Source of the DNA: Hyphochytrium catenoides
Taxonomy: Eukaryota > Protista > Hyphochytriomycota
Length of the DNA stretch: 64,000 nucleotides
Assembly: GCA_900088475.1 (NCBI GenBank)
Contig: FLMG01004242.1
Location: 90,961-154,960, forward strand
Reading direction: 5' to 3'
Shown: positions 1 to 15,631 of the stretch, piece after piece
How positions within the stretch are numbered: position 1 is the stretch's first letter
Layout: each line of letters starts with the position of its first letter
Notes under the pieces: generated by a model
What the model was told of the DNA's origin: nothing
The model's database searches: none
Seen by the model: the letters and a program-made list of their open reading frames with translations, nothing else
Made by a program: the position numbers and the translations under genes

Positions 1-1034
1 TCAGGAGCCCTACAACGACTTTCCTTCTTCATGCGTTTTAGCCAAGGTATTGCCGGCGGCGGCACCGGGCTATAAATGAAGTCGAAGCGAAAGATGGCCG
101 TCATCAATAATAGAGGTGGGCTCCAGACTCCAGACGAAACTCTCTTGATAAAGTTATTACGGAGTATAAGAGTACAGCACAGAGTATAGACCTGTAAACC
201 ATGCTTCGAAATGACCGAGGGCGTCGTGCTGGCATGTCAGCCGAAGATCCAGGACGTTTGACGGCAATGGGAAAGCTTCGCCGGAAGCTTCATTTTTATA
301 AAAATTGAGAAACAAAAGACAAAAGACTTCCTGATTCCTGACACAGATCCAAACCGCCGTTAGCAGCTCCCCAGATGACAGGATTCTAGCCGGTACCGGT
401 AATGGCTTTGGGTGCTCCGACCGTTATGATTGCTTGTAGAACACCCTAACCCCTTTATTACGAACAAATATGGACTGGCGAAAAAATCAACTGACCTAGA
501 AGGCATTACATAGGTTTACATAGGTTCATGAGGCCCTATAGCAGTCATAACTATAAGTTAGCCACTCCAGAAGTATAACAGAGGCGATTATATTAGGACG
601 GACGATTGGAAAGGCGCCGAGGCCGCGGCAGCAAGCTGCACAAGGAGGCAGGGAGGGAGGAAGAGAATAGTAGGGACGCGAAGACTGAATGATAGGCAAG
701 CCAAGGGTAGAGAGAGACTCAAGGTAGAGAAAGGGCAACAGTAGTGGGGAGAGAAGAGAGAAGGGACGGGGATGAGAGCACACAGACAGGTTAGGTAGGA
801 GGCGGAAGCTCAGATAGGTCTGACCGTGAGACCTCCACCTTTGCCTAAGCTCTGGGCTGCTAGAGTCCAACTCCGTGGAGGGATCCTGCGCTGTGGAAGA
901 TGTTCGCAGTTGCCAGATCCCGCCGTCGATGGCATAGATTCCATCCTTGCCCTTGCAGAATGTAAGCTCCATTTGTACAGAGAGGTGTAGGAGGGCGTGC
1001 CGGACCCAGCCAGGACTGGCTGGACCTGGTTACT

Positions 1035-5382
<4,348 letters not shown>

Positions 5383-5591
5383 ACTAACGGACTGGGAGCC
5401 AGAAAAGCCATGAACGCTAAAAAACTGTCTTGCACGATTAATGCTGGACAGCAACATACCCATCACACCTTATTTATTGACACCTCCCCTCTGCTTTCCC
5501 AAGAAGAATGACAGAGGGACAGGGGACAAGAACGACCTTGTACTAAAGGACAAATATAATAGAGCGATGCTCACACTTAAGCTCTGCGGTC

Positions 5592-8500
5592 TTACGCTGA
5601 TACTCTCCTTCTAAACTCCCCCTTAACGTAAGGAGGTCTCTCTTGGGCAGCGGTTATTCTCAACAGCTGGTTGATCTTAGCCAAATGTTGAGACTGAGCC
5701 ATGCCTCCCACTCGCAACTGGCAGGAGCGAATCCCAACTGAGAATTCTGCGATGAAAGTCTCCTCCGTGTCCGCTCCCCTGGTACCCACAACCACACCCC
5801 AGTTGGCCCTCCGAGCAAGTTCTGCATGATGAATGGCATCACTGATGGTCCTAGCCTAGACAAAAACAAGGGTAACGGCAATAAGTCAGCCAGGAATTAG
5901 GAAAACAAATAGCAAAGGAGAGAATCCCCGCTGCGGCTGGGAGGGGAGGCCGAGGAGGGTTAAGAAAAGCGAAAGGTATGGAAACAGCCAAAGAAACTAC
6001 GTCTACTGCGACGAGTGAAGCATTGCCACGACGTACATGCCGATTAAACAAGTGCGACCGCCAATGAGAGCGATAGGAAAACAAGATAGATAGAAAAAGA
6101 GGATCAAAAGGGGATGTGTACACGTACCTTGGCTAGGTCCAGGTAGAGGGCATTAGCCGCATGTTCTTCTATGCCTAAGCTTATCTCTTTCTCGTCGGCA
6201 AAGATGCAATTTCCGACAATCTGGAGTTTGCAACCTGGATCTCCTCCCACCGGTGGCCTTTTCTGGTCGGGTCCAGCTATCGAGGGAACATCAGTAGTGA
6301 GACAAGGACGTAATTTATCCATCTTGTTCTGGCCATGCACATACACTGCAGTCTAGCTGCATTTTCTCTCAATCTTATGTCGTAACCCTTACTCTCATCG
6401 TTAATGACAAGAGCCTCTTTCCCTACTGTAGCACGATCAGTACCTTCTTCTTCCAATTGTGCTACGATCTCCTTTAGCCTGATGTAAGAGTGTATATCAT
6501 CCCGATCAAAGGGGTCCTGCAGAGAAATGATGCGCGGATATTTTTTTATCCACTCCTTGTAGAGGTCCAGCAGGTCCTCGCTACCATTTCCACATTCGAG
6601 CGAAAAATGTGAGGCAGAAACGGTCAAAGTGAGCGCAAAGAGAGAAAGAGATAGAGAAGAGTCCAAAAGAGAGAGAAGAGTCCACCAAGAACAGTGACAT
6701 GGAGGTCGGGAGAGCAACGACTCAAGGACCGTGAAGCAACGAGAGACAGCAGCCAAAAGAGACGTAAGCTATTGCTGTACATTATAGAGCACTAGGAAAA
6801 GAGCATGCACTTAGGCTGAGTCACCAGCAGAGGGCCATTGGCAGTAAAATTAGTGAGGATGTTCTGCTCAGGATTGTGCATGTAGAACAATGACCTAGTG
6901 ATGGAACAAAAGTATGTGGACGCGAAGAGATCTAGAGAGGCACACCTTTCAATAACATTTCCACGGGAGTCCTTATTAAAAGTGTCAAGATCGTAGGAGA
7001 CAGGGCCTATCTCTCCCTTCTCTCTCTCTATACTTTTGTCTCCTCCCTCTTCCGCCTTAAACTGTGAGGCTGAGACATCCACATAGAAGCGAAGCCTTTC
7101 CTTATGTTCGAATTGGTTGTATGCTTCCATGAGAATCTCCATTGCCTAAGAAGGGGAAGTACAATAAAAACAGCTGTAAGGCGACGGAGAATAACGAGGG
7201 TCACACCAGGAAGAAGGACAGAGGGACATTGAAGAAATGGATATGAGCACTTAGAGTGCAGACCTCATTGAAATTTTCTATCGGCGGTGCTGCTCCACCA
7301 GCCAGCCCCATACTCTCCCAGGCATGGCCCCTCTCTTTTAGGACTTTCCCCACAATGTTCTTGAATGTGCTGCAGAGCTCTAGGGCATGGTCAAAGGATG
7401 TGGCGTCGGAGGGGAGGACAGCAACGTCTTGCACAAAGAGACGCGAGGTTGAATAATTGCCTCCGTTGATGAGAGAAAAGATGGGCACCGGAAGGACCAG
7501 GGTATCGCTCTCGAGACCAGCGATGCGAGCTATGTACTGCACAAAGGAGAATGGGAAGAGCACATGGGAAGAACAAAGGAGAATGAGTATTCAACAAGAA
7601 ACCATTCCTCAAGGACTCAAAAACATTTGTCTTCCCCTCCTTTTTCCCTACCCTTTCCACTAAAGAGCCATCGCCTTCTCGTCTTTTCCCGAGCATCACT
7701 CTTCTTCAGGTCCCTTACCTTGTAAATTGGCAATCCTGCTTGCTTTGCTCCTGCCTTGCACACTGCCATTGAAAGGGCAATCAGACCCTCTCCTCCTAGC
7801 TCTCCTCCTTTCTGACTCAAGACATCGTCCACCTTAAGCTGATCTAGTGGCTGCAGGCCCACCAGAGCAGGACCAAGAGTCTCTTGAACAAACTTTACAG
7901 CTTCAGAGAGTCCTCGTCCTTGGTAGCGCACTTGAGTAGCGTTAAGGCATAGAGAGGGGGAGAGCAGAAGAGGCGGTTAAGGCAAGATAGAGAGCAGATA
8001 AAAGATGTGGACGATAGACATGCTAGGATAGATTATAGGCCAATACGGGGGACGAAAGTAGTTTAGACGGACCAACGAAAGTCATTTTTATAGAGCGAAA
8101 TGTGGAGTGAGGGGATACAGGGTGAGAGACAGAGAGATCGAGAGGGAGAACGGACAGATATAGAGCGACAGACAGGGAGTGATAGAAGAGATAAAGAGTG
8201 AGACAGAGAGGGAGAAGGAGAGAGAGAGAGGGAGAGAAAATAAGAGAGAAGAACCGGCGAGCGCCCGAGGATATGTTCTTTAGTCTCCTTACGTGGGTTA
8301 GCGACATCATATCGGCAACTCTTCTCTCCTACTACACGCGTGGCGGCAGTGTGAGAGGGACCTTGAGCTGTAAACTCGCCTAGTATCGTGAAGATCGAGA
8401 CCTACGGCAGAAGAGGAAGTCAGCTGGTCCTGAATAATCAAAGCGTTGGAACTAGGAAGAGAGAGAGAGACAGAGAGAGAGAGAAAGAGAGACAAACAGG

Positions 8501-9076
8501 ACATGCATACAGACACAGAAGGCGAGCACGACAATACGACGACATATCCGCCGATTAAGGCCCGGAAGAGAAAATTGTTCGTGAAGGATAAGGAGAAAGA
8601 GAAGCACCAGAGAGGAGAGGACTATGGGAAGAGTGCAGACAGAGAGCCGCAGAGCAAGGGACAGACGGCGGTGAGATGCGACACGAGACCGTTAAACGGC
8701 GTTCGCCGACCGACCTCTATAGTGGGCAGCCCTTGAGAGTTGAGGATCTCTCGTGCCTGGACCTCCAGTATCCCTCCTTTCGCTGCCAGGGACTGGGAGC
8801 TGAGCAACTGGCTAATGAGTTGGAGAGGATCCTTTGGCTGTTCGCGGACCACTCTACATTAAGGCGAGACAGAGACAGACAGTGTGAGAGAGAGACGAGA
8901 CCCAATGACAGCTAGACGCGGCAACAAGAGGAAACCCGTGGGAGGAGGAAGAGAGGTGGCAGTAGAGAAACATCTTACAAGTCTACGGCATCCTGCAGGA
9001 CCGTCTCCAGGCGGTGCTCTTCCAGATAAGCCACCACCCGAGCTCTCTCTGCCTCAGCACGCTTTTCAAAGTCCAT
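5592..9076 (-). CDS. Enolase-like protein (ENO4/plant ENO3-like) with N-terminal RIIa/Dpy-30-like docking helices; predicted catalytically inactive; multi-exon
   Basis: Exons encode MDFEKRAEAERARVVAYLEEHRLETVLQDAVDL|VVREQPKDPLQLISQLL...AREILNSQGLPTIE, RYQGRGL, LSMAVCKAGA, LPVPIFSLINGG, YPRIISLQDPFDRDD, QIVGNCIF, ANALYLDLAK and ETFIAEFSVG...LAKINQLLRI, all collinear with enolase. Confidence 0.85.
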
Positions 9077-9519
9077 TAGGTTAGGAAAGAAGCCACTCCA
9101 GTCTATTCTTGGAGGAGCAGAGACAGAATAAGAGAGCTCGACGTTGCGCTTAGCTTCTCGCCTTCACAGCATTATGTCTACTCTCCTCACGGCCTAGTCT
9201 CTCCGTCAAACCTTTTCTATTCTTTGGCTTTTTTCTTCTTCTCACTTTCTCCCTCTCTCGCCTTTTTTCTATGTGACGCAGTTCGTTCCTTATCAGCTGG
9301 CTGGGGCGCTGATGGAGACACCAGAAGTGGGCAGACTGGATGGGAGAGAGAGGAGGGAAGACTGAAGAGCAAAGGCGGACAGAGAGCCAACCAGGTAGAA
9401 GAAGAAGAGAGAGAGAGTGGAGATAGCGTGAAGGGAGGAGAGACTAGGGGACGGTCGATTGACGGAGCGTGCAGGAGAGTGAGAAAGAGATGGACTGTAG
9501 ACTGAGAGAAGACGGAGAG

Positions 9520-9718
9520 CGAGAAAGAGAAAGAAACGGAGAGTGAGAGAGTAAGATCTCGAGACGAGGAGTGGGGAGAGAGACAGAAAAAGAGAGAGAG
9601 AGAGAGAGAGAGAGAGGAGGAGAGCAAGAGCGTCGGGAGAAAAGGAGAGAGTGTCTTTTCACTGGTTCTTCCAGAACTCCCCTCTGACCTGAATTTTTGG
9701 AGCCATCAGAATCTCTCT

Positions 9719-9762
<44 letters not shown>

Positions 9763-9773
9763 GTCTCTCTCTC

Positions 9774-9804
<31 letters not shown>

Positions 9805-9810
9805 GTGTCT
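9520..9810. repeat. Opposed (AG)n then (CT)n microsatellite tracts
   Basis: GA-rich run at about 9520-9650 followed by a CT-rich run at about 9711-9805. Confidence 0.9.
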
Positions 9811-9906
9811 GCTTGTTCCCTCGGCCGCCTCCCTTCGTATGAACTCCAGGCCCTTTCTCTGCCTCTCTCCCTCGTTCGCTTCGCCATACCGTGTCTCCTC
9901 TGCCAG

Positions 9907-10102
9907 AACTCCGCCGCTAAATGGCCCTGAGGACCTGAGGATGAGATTGAAGGGCGCCCTCGAATGATGGGCGAGAGTTGAGGGACAGTACCGTCAGCTG
10001 CTGCATGTCCAGGACAAGAGAGAGACAAAGGTTTGAGCTTTCTAGAAAAGAGAAAGGGACGAGATGCAGAGGAAGCATCCTGGTGATCCGGCGGAGCGCT
10101 TG
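9907..10102 (+). pseudogene. Possible decayed exon (charged helical peptide with three in-frame stops)
   Basis: Bounded by ...tgccAG and GTATGT. Reads TPPLNGPEDLRMRLKGALE*WARVEGQYRQLLHVQDKRETKV*AF*KRERDEMQRKHPGDPAERL. Confidence 0.25.
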
Positions 10103-10389
10103 GTATGTCCCAAGCCATCCACACCCTTGACCTGTCTTGCAACGCCTCCTCCTTTGGGCTCCCACATCTCTCAGCTGGCAGGCTTAGAAGCTATTGTCCT
10201 TCTTATGTTCTCAAGTACTCGGCTTTCTCTCCTGGCCGATGCCTATCCCATCGCTCTTTCACCTTCGTGGCTCTCTCATATTGCCATCTGTTCTCTCTGT
10301 GATCGAGATAGATCATTAGCATCGACCTTTCCCATTATGGAACTCTGGAAGAGCAGCGGTAGGCTCGAGTCGCCTCCCACACCACCCCC

Positions 10390-10431
10390 TCTCACCTTCC
10401 TCCCTCTCTCTTCCCTCTCTCCCTCTCTTTC

Positions 10432-10511
<80 letters not shown>

Positions 10512-10562
10512 GTTCTCTCTTTCTCTCTCTCTCTCTCGTGCGCTCTCTCCGCTCCCTCTTCT
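10390..10562. repeat. (CT)n microsatellite / polypyrimidine tract
   Basis: Long imperfect ctctct run. Confidence 0.9.
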
Positions 10563-10999
10563 GACTCTTACCCGTGTCTGTCTTTCCTCCAGCTCTTTCC
10601 TCTTTCTCGTCCCCGATAGCTTTTCCTTGTCCATTACATATCTACTCCCGATGTACCTATGATGCTTTTCGCCCTTAGTTCTATCGTCTCTCTCGTTTAC
10701 ACTGCTTCTCAGCCTCGGTATTACCTTCTGCGTCTTGTGAGTCTTTTCTCCTGCTGTCCTTGCCTTTGCATCAATAGCTCTGCCGTCTGCGTAGCAATCC
10801 CTCTCCTTCTAACTGGGACTCTCCATACCTTCTTTCTTCTTTGTGATGCTGCAGAACGGCATCCCAGTTAGCAGCAAGCGCCGTTGAATGGCTGGTGACT
10901 CTGAAACAGAGTATAAACCCTCAGGTTTGGGCCTATAAAGCAGTAACGTCCATCCTTCCCGCTCTTTCGGCATTAATGTCTTCCCGTTGTAACATTTGA

Positions 11000-12622
11000 C
11001 TAGCGGGGACATGCACCGATCTTTCCACACAGGCTCTGGCGGTCTTAACATGCACAGGCTTCACCCTCCTTCTTCTTCCTCCTTTCACATTTTCTTTCTC
11101 TCACCGCGTGGAGAACAGCTCTCCTAATGTGTGTGCTATCTGCTTCCGTGGCCTCCCCTCGTGTGCTTTCTCTTCCGGATGGCGTTGTTTGTCGACGATT
11201 CTCAGCATCAGTTCGTCCTTTGGCCAACTTCAAATGGAGCCACTGCGGTACCTCCTCCTATCCAGATGCGACTTTCTCTGTCATTTTGAATGCGTTTTAA
11301 GTGTTACCTCCTGGAAGACTCTCCTCCGGTCTTCGTCCTAGTAGTAGTGACAGGGTCCTGGATGTCCATCACTTCCGCAATGTCAAGAATTGGTTTCTCT
11401 TTCCAAAATGCTGCCATTTCAAGCGAGGTCTGCATTGCTAACCTTCCTCTCATCTATTCGGTCTCACTCTGGACGTTGCTCTCTTCCCCAGGAGTTTTCT
11501 TCCTTTCCTCCGGCGGCCATGCAACTATTAACACAAGCTATCCACTCCTTGGACTCAAGGTTCTTCGAGCAGCGACATGGAAGGACTGAAAGAGCGCTCT
11601 CCGACGCGTTGAATCTTATGGAGGAAGAAACAGAGGTCAGAACATAGAGGCTATATCACAGGACAGAAAGGGAAATGGGAAGAGAAAGCGAAGCCGTGGG
11701 AGGTACTTAGCTATGCGAGAGACGTGTCGAGACGATCATAAAGAGACAAGCAAAGCTGAGGCAAAAGCTAATTATGGCGGAACCACAGAGCTCTGCTGAC
11801 AACATATATATCTGGCCCTCGTTCCTGATCCCTCTCCAACCCTCCTCCCTGTCTCTCTTCTTTTCTCTCTCTTCTCTCCTCCATCCCTTCCTCTCTCCGT
11901 GTCTAATCTTACTTTTTTGCCGGCCTTTCTCAGCCCTACACCTACCGGTTGCTCTTAGTAATGTCTTCTGCGGTAAGCCTTTCCTCTTCTAGCATATTTC
12001 CTGCGGGGAGTGTGATAACTTGAGCCTGACTTATCAATAGGAAGAACTAAGGATCGCTACGGAGTGCGTTCGCACTTGGGAGAACAATAAAGACCTGACG
12101 ATCGACTTCCTCCTACTGCTACGGCCTTCAGAAGTGCAATTGGTAAGTGAAGAGACGAGGAGCAGTCAACAAAAACGCTATGTCCCTTCATGTTCATCTG
12201 AGAGCATAACCCGCGGATGCAGGCTGCGAATATGGCGGAGACTTTACTCAAAACTGCGGCTCTCTCTTCCTCGTACGCTGTCATACTAAAGCTGGGGGAT
12301 ACAAAGGAAGAGGCTCTGCAGGTCAGTCCGCCATGGCAATGGCTTGTCCGTTGCAGCCTTCCATTGTGTCTCTACCTTGTAGTGGAAGTTTCATGAACCT
12401 ATTCCTAACGTCCGTAATCTCCTCATCTCATGCCCCTCCTTGGCTTCGTCTCTCACTTCCTGTCAGCATATGTTCGCCGACTAACACCGCGGTAACTGAT
12501 TATTGCCGTATCTTCATTAGGAGGTTACTTTCCTCGCGGCTAAACCCTCTCAGAGGACTTCTCTCTCTCTTATGAAACAAAAGAGCGTTTCCTTTGTTAG
12601 ACCGCTGTGGAGGGACTCATAG
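11000..12622 (+). CDS. Hypothetical multi-exon gene or pseudogene with weak resemblance to the Sec23/Sec24 N-terminal region (Zn finger + vWA trunk)
   Basis: Phase-compatible small GT-AG exons: ...ERALSDALNLMEEETE|PYTYRLLLVMSSA|EELRIATECVRTWENNKDLTIDFLLLLRPSEVQL|AANMAETLLKTAALSSSYAVILKLGDTKEEALQ. Upstream segments TQALAVLTCTGFTLLLLPPF, PNVCAICFRGLPSCAFSSGWRC and YLLEDSPPVFVLVVVTGS. The 5' and 3' structure is ambiguous. Confidence 0.35.
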
Positions 12623-14710
12623 GTATTGTGTTCGTAGCTGTTCTGCTCTGCTTTCTAGCGGTATAAGACCCTTCTTCTTTCTCTCTCTTTCCCGCTTTGT
12701 GCTCTCCTGCAGCACTCCTCATCTTCTTCCTTTCGTCACTGTCCCAGGGCTGCACTGGGGTGTCTCGTTGGCTGGTGACACCCGTCCCATTCGCCACATC
12801 GTCATAGAAGGATTCAGCACTTCTCAAGGGCTGGCTGGTAGCTTGAGCAACAGCTGAGAGGACACCAACAAGGGGAGTACGTGTGACTACTTGTTGAAGC
12901 ACTGGACCCGCCAGCGAGGTCGTCACTGAGAAGACTGATCGTACTCCTGCGCCTACTGCGTTGGCGACGTCCCGAGCCTAGGCGGGTCGTCAAGAAGGGG
13001 TGAGGCACAGAGATCATAAATGCTCGCACGGCGATGAGGGGAGCCTTGATACGAACGGCGCCAGGTTCAAGAGCAGACAATTCTCAGAAGGGTTACACCA
13101 TATGATATGAAGATGAAGTTAGGATCAGAGGTAGGATGAACCATGCAGAAACAAGGGCATTACATTTTGAGGTACATCATACAGCTGCTCAGCCTCATCC
13201 AAGCGCTGGGAAAGGAAACGCCTGTTTGTAGGTGAGGAGACGGGATAGCAGTTAGTACAGCAGCCTTCCATCAACCCATAAATATAGTGCGAGGCCTCTT
13301 ACCATGTATCCTGATAGTTTGGCGAGTGATCTGTCAACATGAATAGCTCTATGACAGGGATCAAGGGAAACAGAGTCCTGTCAGGGCAAGTCATTCCCTC
13401 TATTGCTCATTTCTTCTAACCGCCCTGAGGCAGTGCAGCTTCGCATCGTGTTCTATTTCTGTTCTTCTTCTCCTACCTGTGGACGCATAAACTCCGAGTA
13501 TTACAGCTCTGCGAGTATACCAGCTGATGTTAGTCGATCTGTCTCCCGCGTGATGCCAAAGCTCATCCGCCAGCTTGCCCAAGATCGTACTTGTGGACAC
13601 GGCATTCTGAGGCATGGCACCAAGTGCCATGGCCTGGAGCAACCGTTCATATTAGAGCCATCATTGAAGTGCGGGAGCAGAAAGGCGAACAGTTGACAGT
13701 TCATGGTAGCCATGCACATAGAGGAGCGAAGATCACAGAGAAGAGAGATCCACCTGAGGCCAGCTGGAAATGTAAGGAGTGATGCAAGAGAGTCTGGTCT
13801 TGATGCCGTGAAACAGGATATCCTTCGCTCTTTGGCCCTCAGGGTGCTCTTCCTGCATCTTTTGCAGCTCGCGCGCCATCTTTTGGTTGGATCTCTCCAT
13901 AAAGTAGTCCACCAGTTCAATCGCCCCGCGAGAGAACATTCCATGGGATACAGAAGGCAGACTGCCGAGATTTGGTAGAGACAAAGTGGAGAGACAGTCC
14001 AGAGAGACCACTATTAGGATGACAAGCATAAGGATTCATTGAGAGGGAAAGAAAGAGCACATAGCTCGCTGTCTATGTAAAGAAGTCTTTCCGCCATAGA
14101 CGTCACCGATAAGAGAGCTAAGAGCGGAAAATCTTAGCAGAACTTACCTTAGATCATTCGCTGCCGCCGTAAGCGCGTCCACGGTCCACCTGTCGTAAAG
14201 TCACCATCGGATTGGGAGGAGTTAGCACCGTAGGCAATCAGAAGAGAGCCAAAGCCGGCGAGGTTTGCCGAGCGACGTTGAACGAGGGACAGGAACTCGA
14301 GGGATCAGAAGAAAGAAGCAACAAGGAAACCTTGTGATTCTCGAATCCCTTTTGGAATAGACGACCTACCCTTTGTCATTAACGTGCCGCAAGGCAGTAT
14401 CAAGGATCTGGATCCTGGGATCGTCAACCATTCTCTCCGTGTCCTCAGTCCTCCTTCCCTCCTCATGATTATCAGCCTGTTGCCCTGTCTTCGGAAGAGA
14501 ATCTGCATAGATCGGGTGGATCCTTCTGTGGAAATCCTTCTCAGAAAGAGACAGTTTGGGCTTGACTGGATTGCCGATGATGGTGTTCGTAGTATAGCAT
14601 TTCTGCTGCGAAGGAGGAAAGGGCGGAGAGGTGGCGATGGCACGACGTACGATAGGATTCTGAGTCCTCGTCAACCGAAGTGCGGTCCTGGATGACACAA
14701 AGCTTTTCAT
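12597..14710 (-). CDS. COQ9: Ubiquinone biosynthesis protein COQ9, mitochondrial; multi-exon
   Basis: Arg/Ser-rich presequence MKSFVSSRTALRLTR..., then RIQILDTALRHVNDKG|WTVDAL, GMFSRGAIELVDYF, SSWPQ|AMALGAMPQN, LADELWHHAGDRSTNISWYTRR, VYAST|ELFMLTDHSPNYQDTW|RFLSQRL. Last exon (ARDVANAVGAGV...) inferred to run to the TAA at 12597. Confidence 0.9.
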
Positions 14711-15631
14711 CCTTGGAATCTCCAACTTATCTCTCACTTTCCCAACCTTCCGATGTGACTTTCAGCTTCGTTATCTTTATCGCAGCGCGTTCTTTGCTAA
14801 TCAGGAGCTCGTTTCAGGCTAGCACTGCCGCGATCGGCGCCCCCGATGGCAGTAGCAAAGAAAAGCTCAGCCCAGTAAACAGAAGGATGGTCGAAGAGAC
14901 AAGGTAAGGCAGGAAATGCCTCTGCAGGGCAAGGGATGGAAGGGTTGGGAGGAGAAGAAGCTCAGAAAGCATGAGAGGCAGCGGAGAAAGAGAAAGATCT
15001 CCTGTTCTGATGATGTTAGCAGAGGATCTTCCGTCCTTCTCAAGGGCGAACAACGGGCAGGGAGGAGGGCGAAGAGCAGACGTCATTCTGAATCAAAGGC
15101 TATGTGAACCCGAATTACCTGAAGTACCATACCGGGGGTAATAGGGTTTCTAAGGTCTTATGGTATATGTACTAGCAGCTACAACACCCATATTTTATGT
15201 CCTGACCCAAGTGGGTTCATAATGATGAAGCGACACACTACTGGCAGCCTTTCCTTTCCTTCCTAGCGCTGGAGATGGACTGTACATCTTCTGTTTGTTA
15301 GTCTTAGGCTGCAAAGCAACAGGCAGACAGCCGTCATAAAGCGCGACGCGAGCCAGCTGGTAGCAGAGTCAATAGGCTATAGAATCCAAGCTAGGTTGCG
15401 CTCAATCTGTCGCCTAAAGAAGGCCAAACATCGAGATCGTCCAAAGAGGCAGAAAGGGGTTAAGAAGTAGAGCACTTCTCTCATCCCAGTGTATATATTT
15501 GAGGTTTCTCATAGAGTGCAAGCGCTGAACCTGCCTCTGAGGCGGTTATTGGCTTAAGATAAGAGGGCACGAGGCACAATGATGCTATTGACGAAGAAGA
15601 AGGAGAGTTCTGTTGGCCTGGGGTTCTCTAC

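Noticed and set aside
444-453. Telomere-like CCCTAACCC
   Set aside because: Only about 1.5 units, which is expected by chance.
526-972. 148-aa minus-strand ORF upstream of CDKL
   Set aside because: No recognisable motif. Its L/S/P-rich part derives from a purine-rich tract that looks like intron or leader sequence, though a small exon cannot be excluded.
9907-10102. Alternative genetic code (stop-codon reassignment)
   Set aside because: Well-supported genes in the window end in TAA, TAG and TGA, and the conserved exons examined contain no internal stops.
9217-10634. Long ORFs rich in SLSLSL or ERERER (also near 37700-38100, 38980-39400, 57500-58000 and 63200-63540)
   Set aside because: These are translations of (CT)n/(AG)n microsatellites, which lack stop codons.
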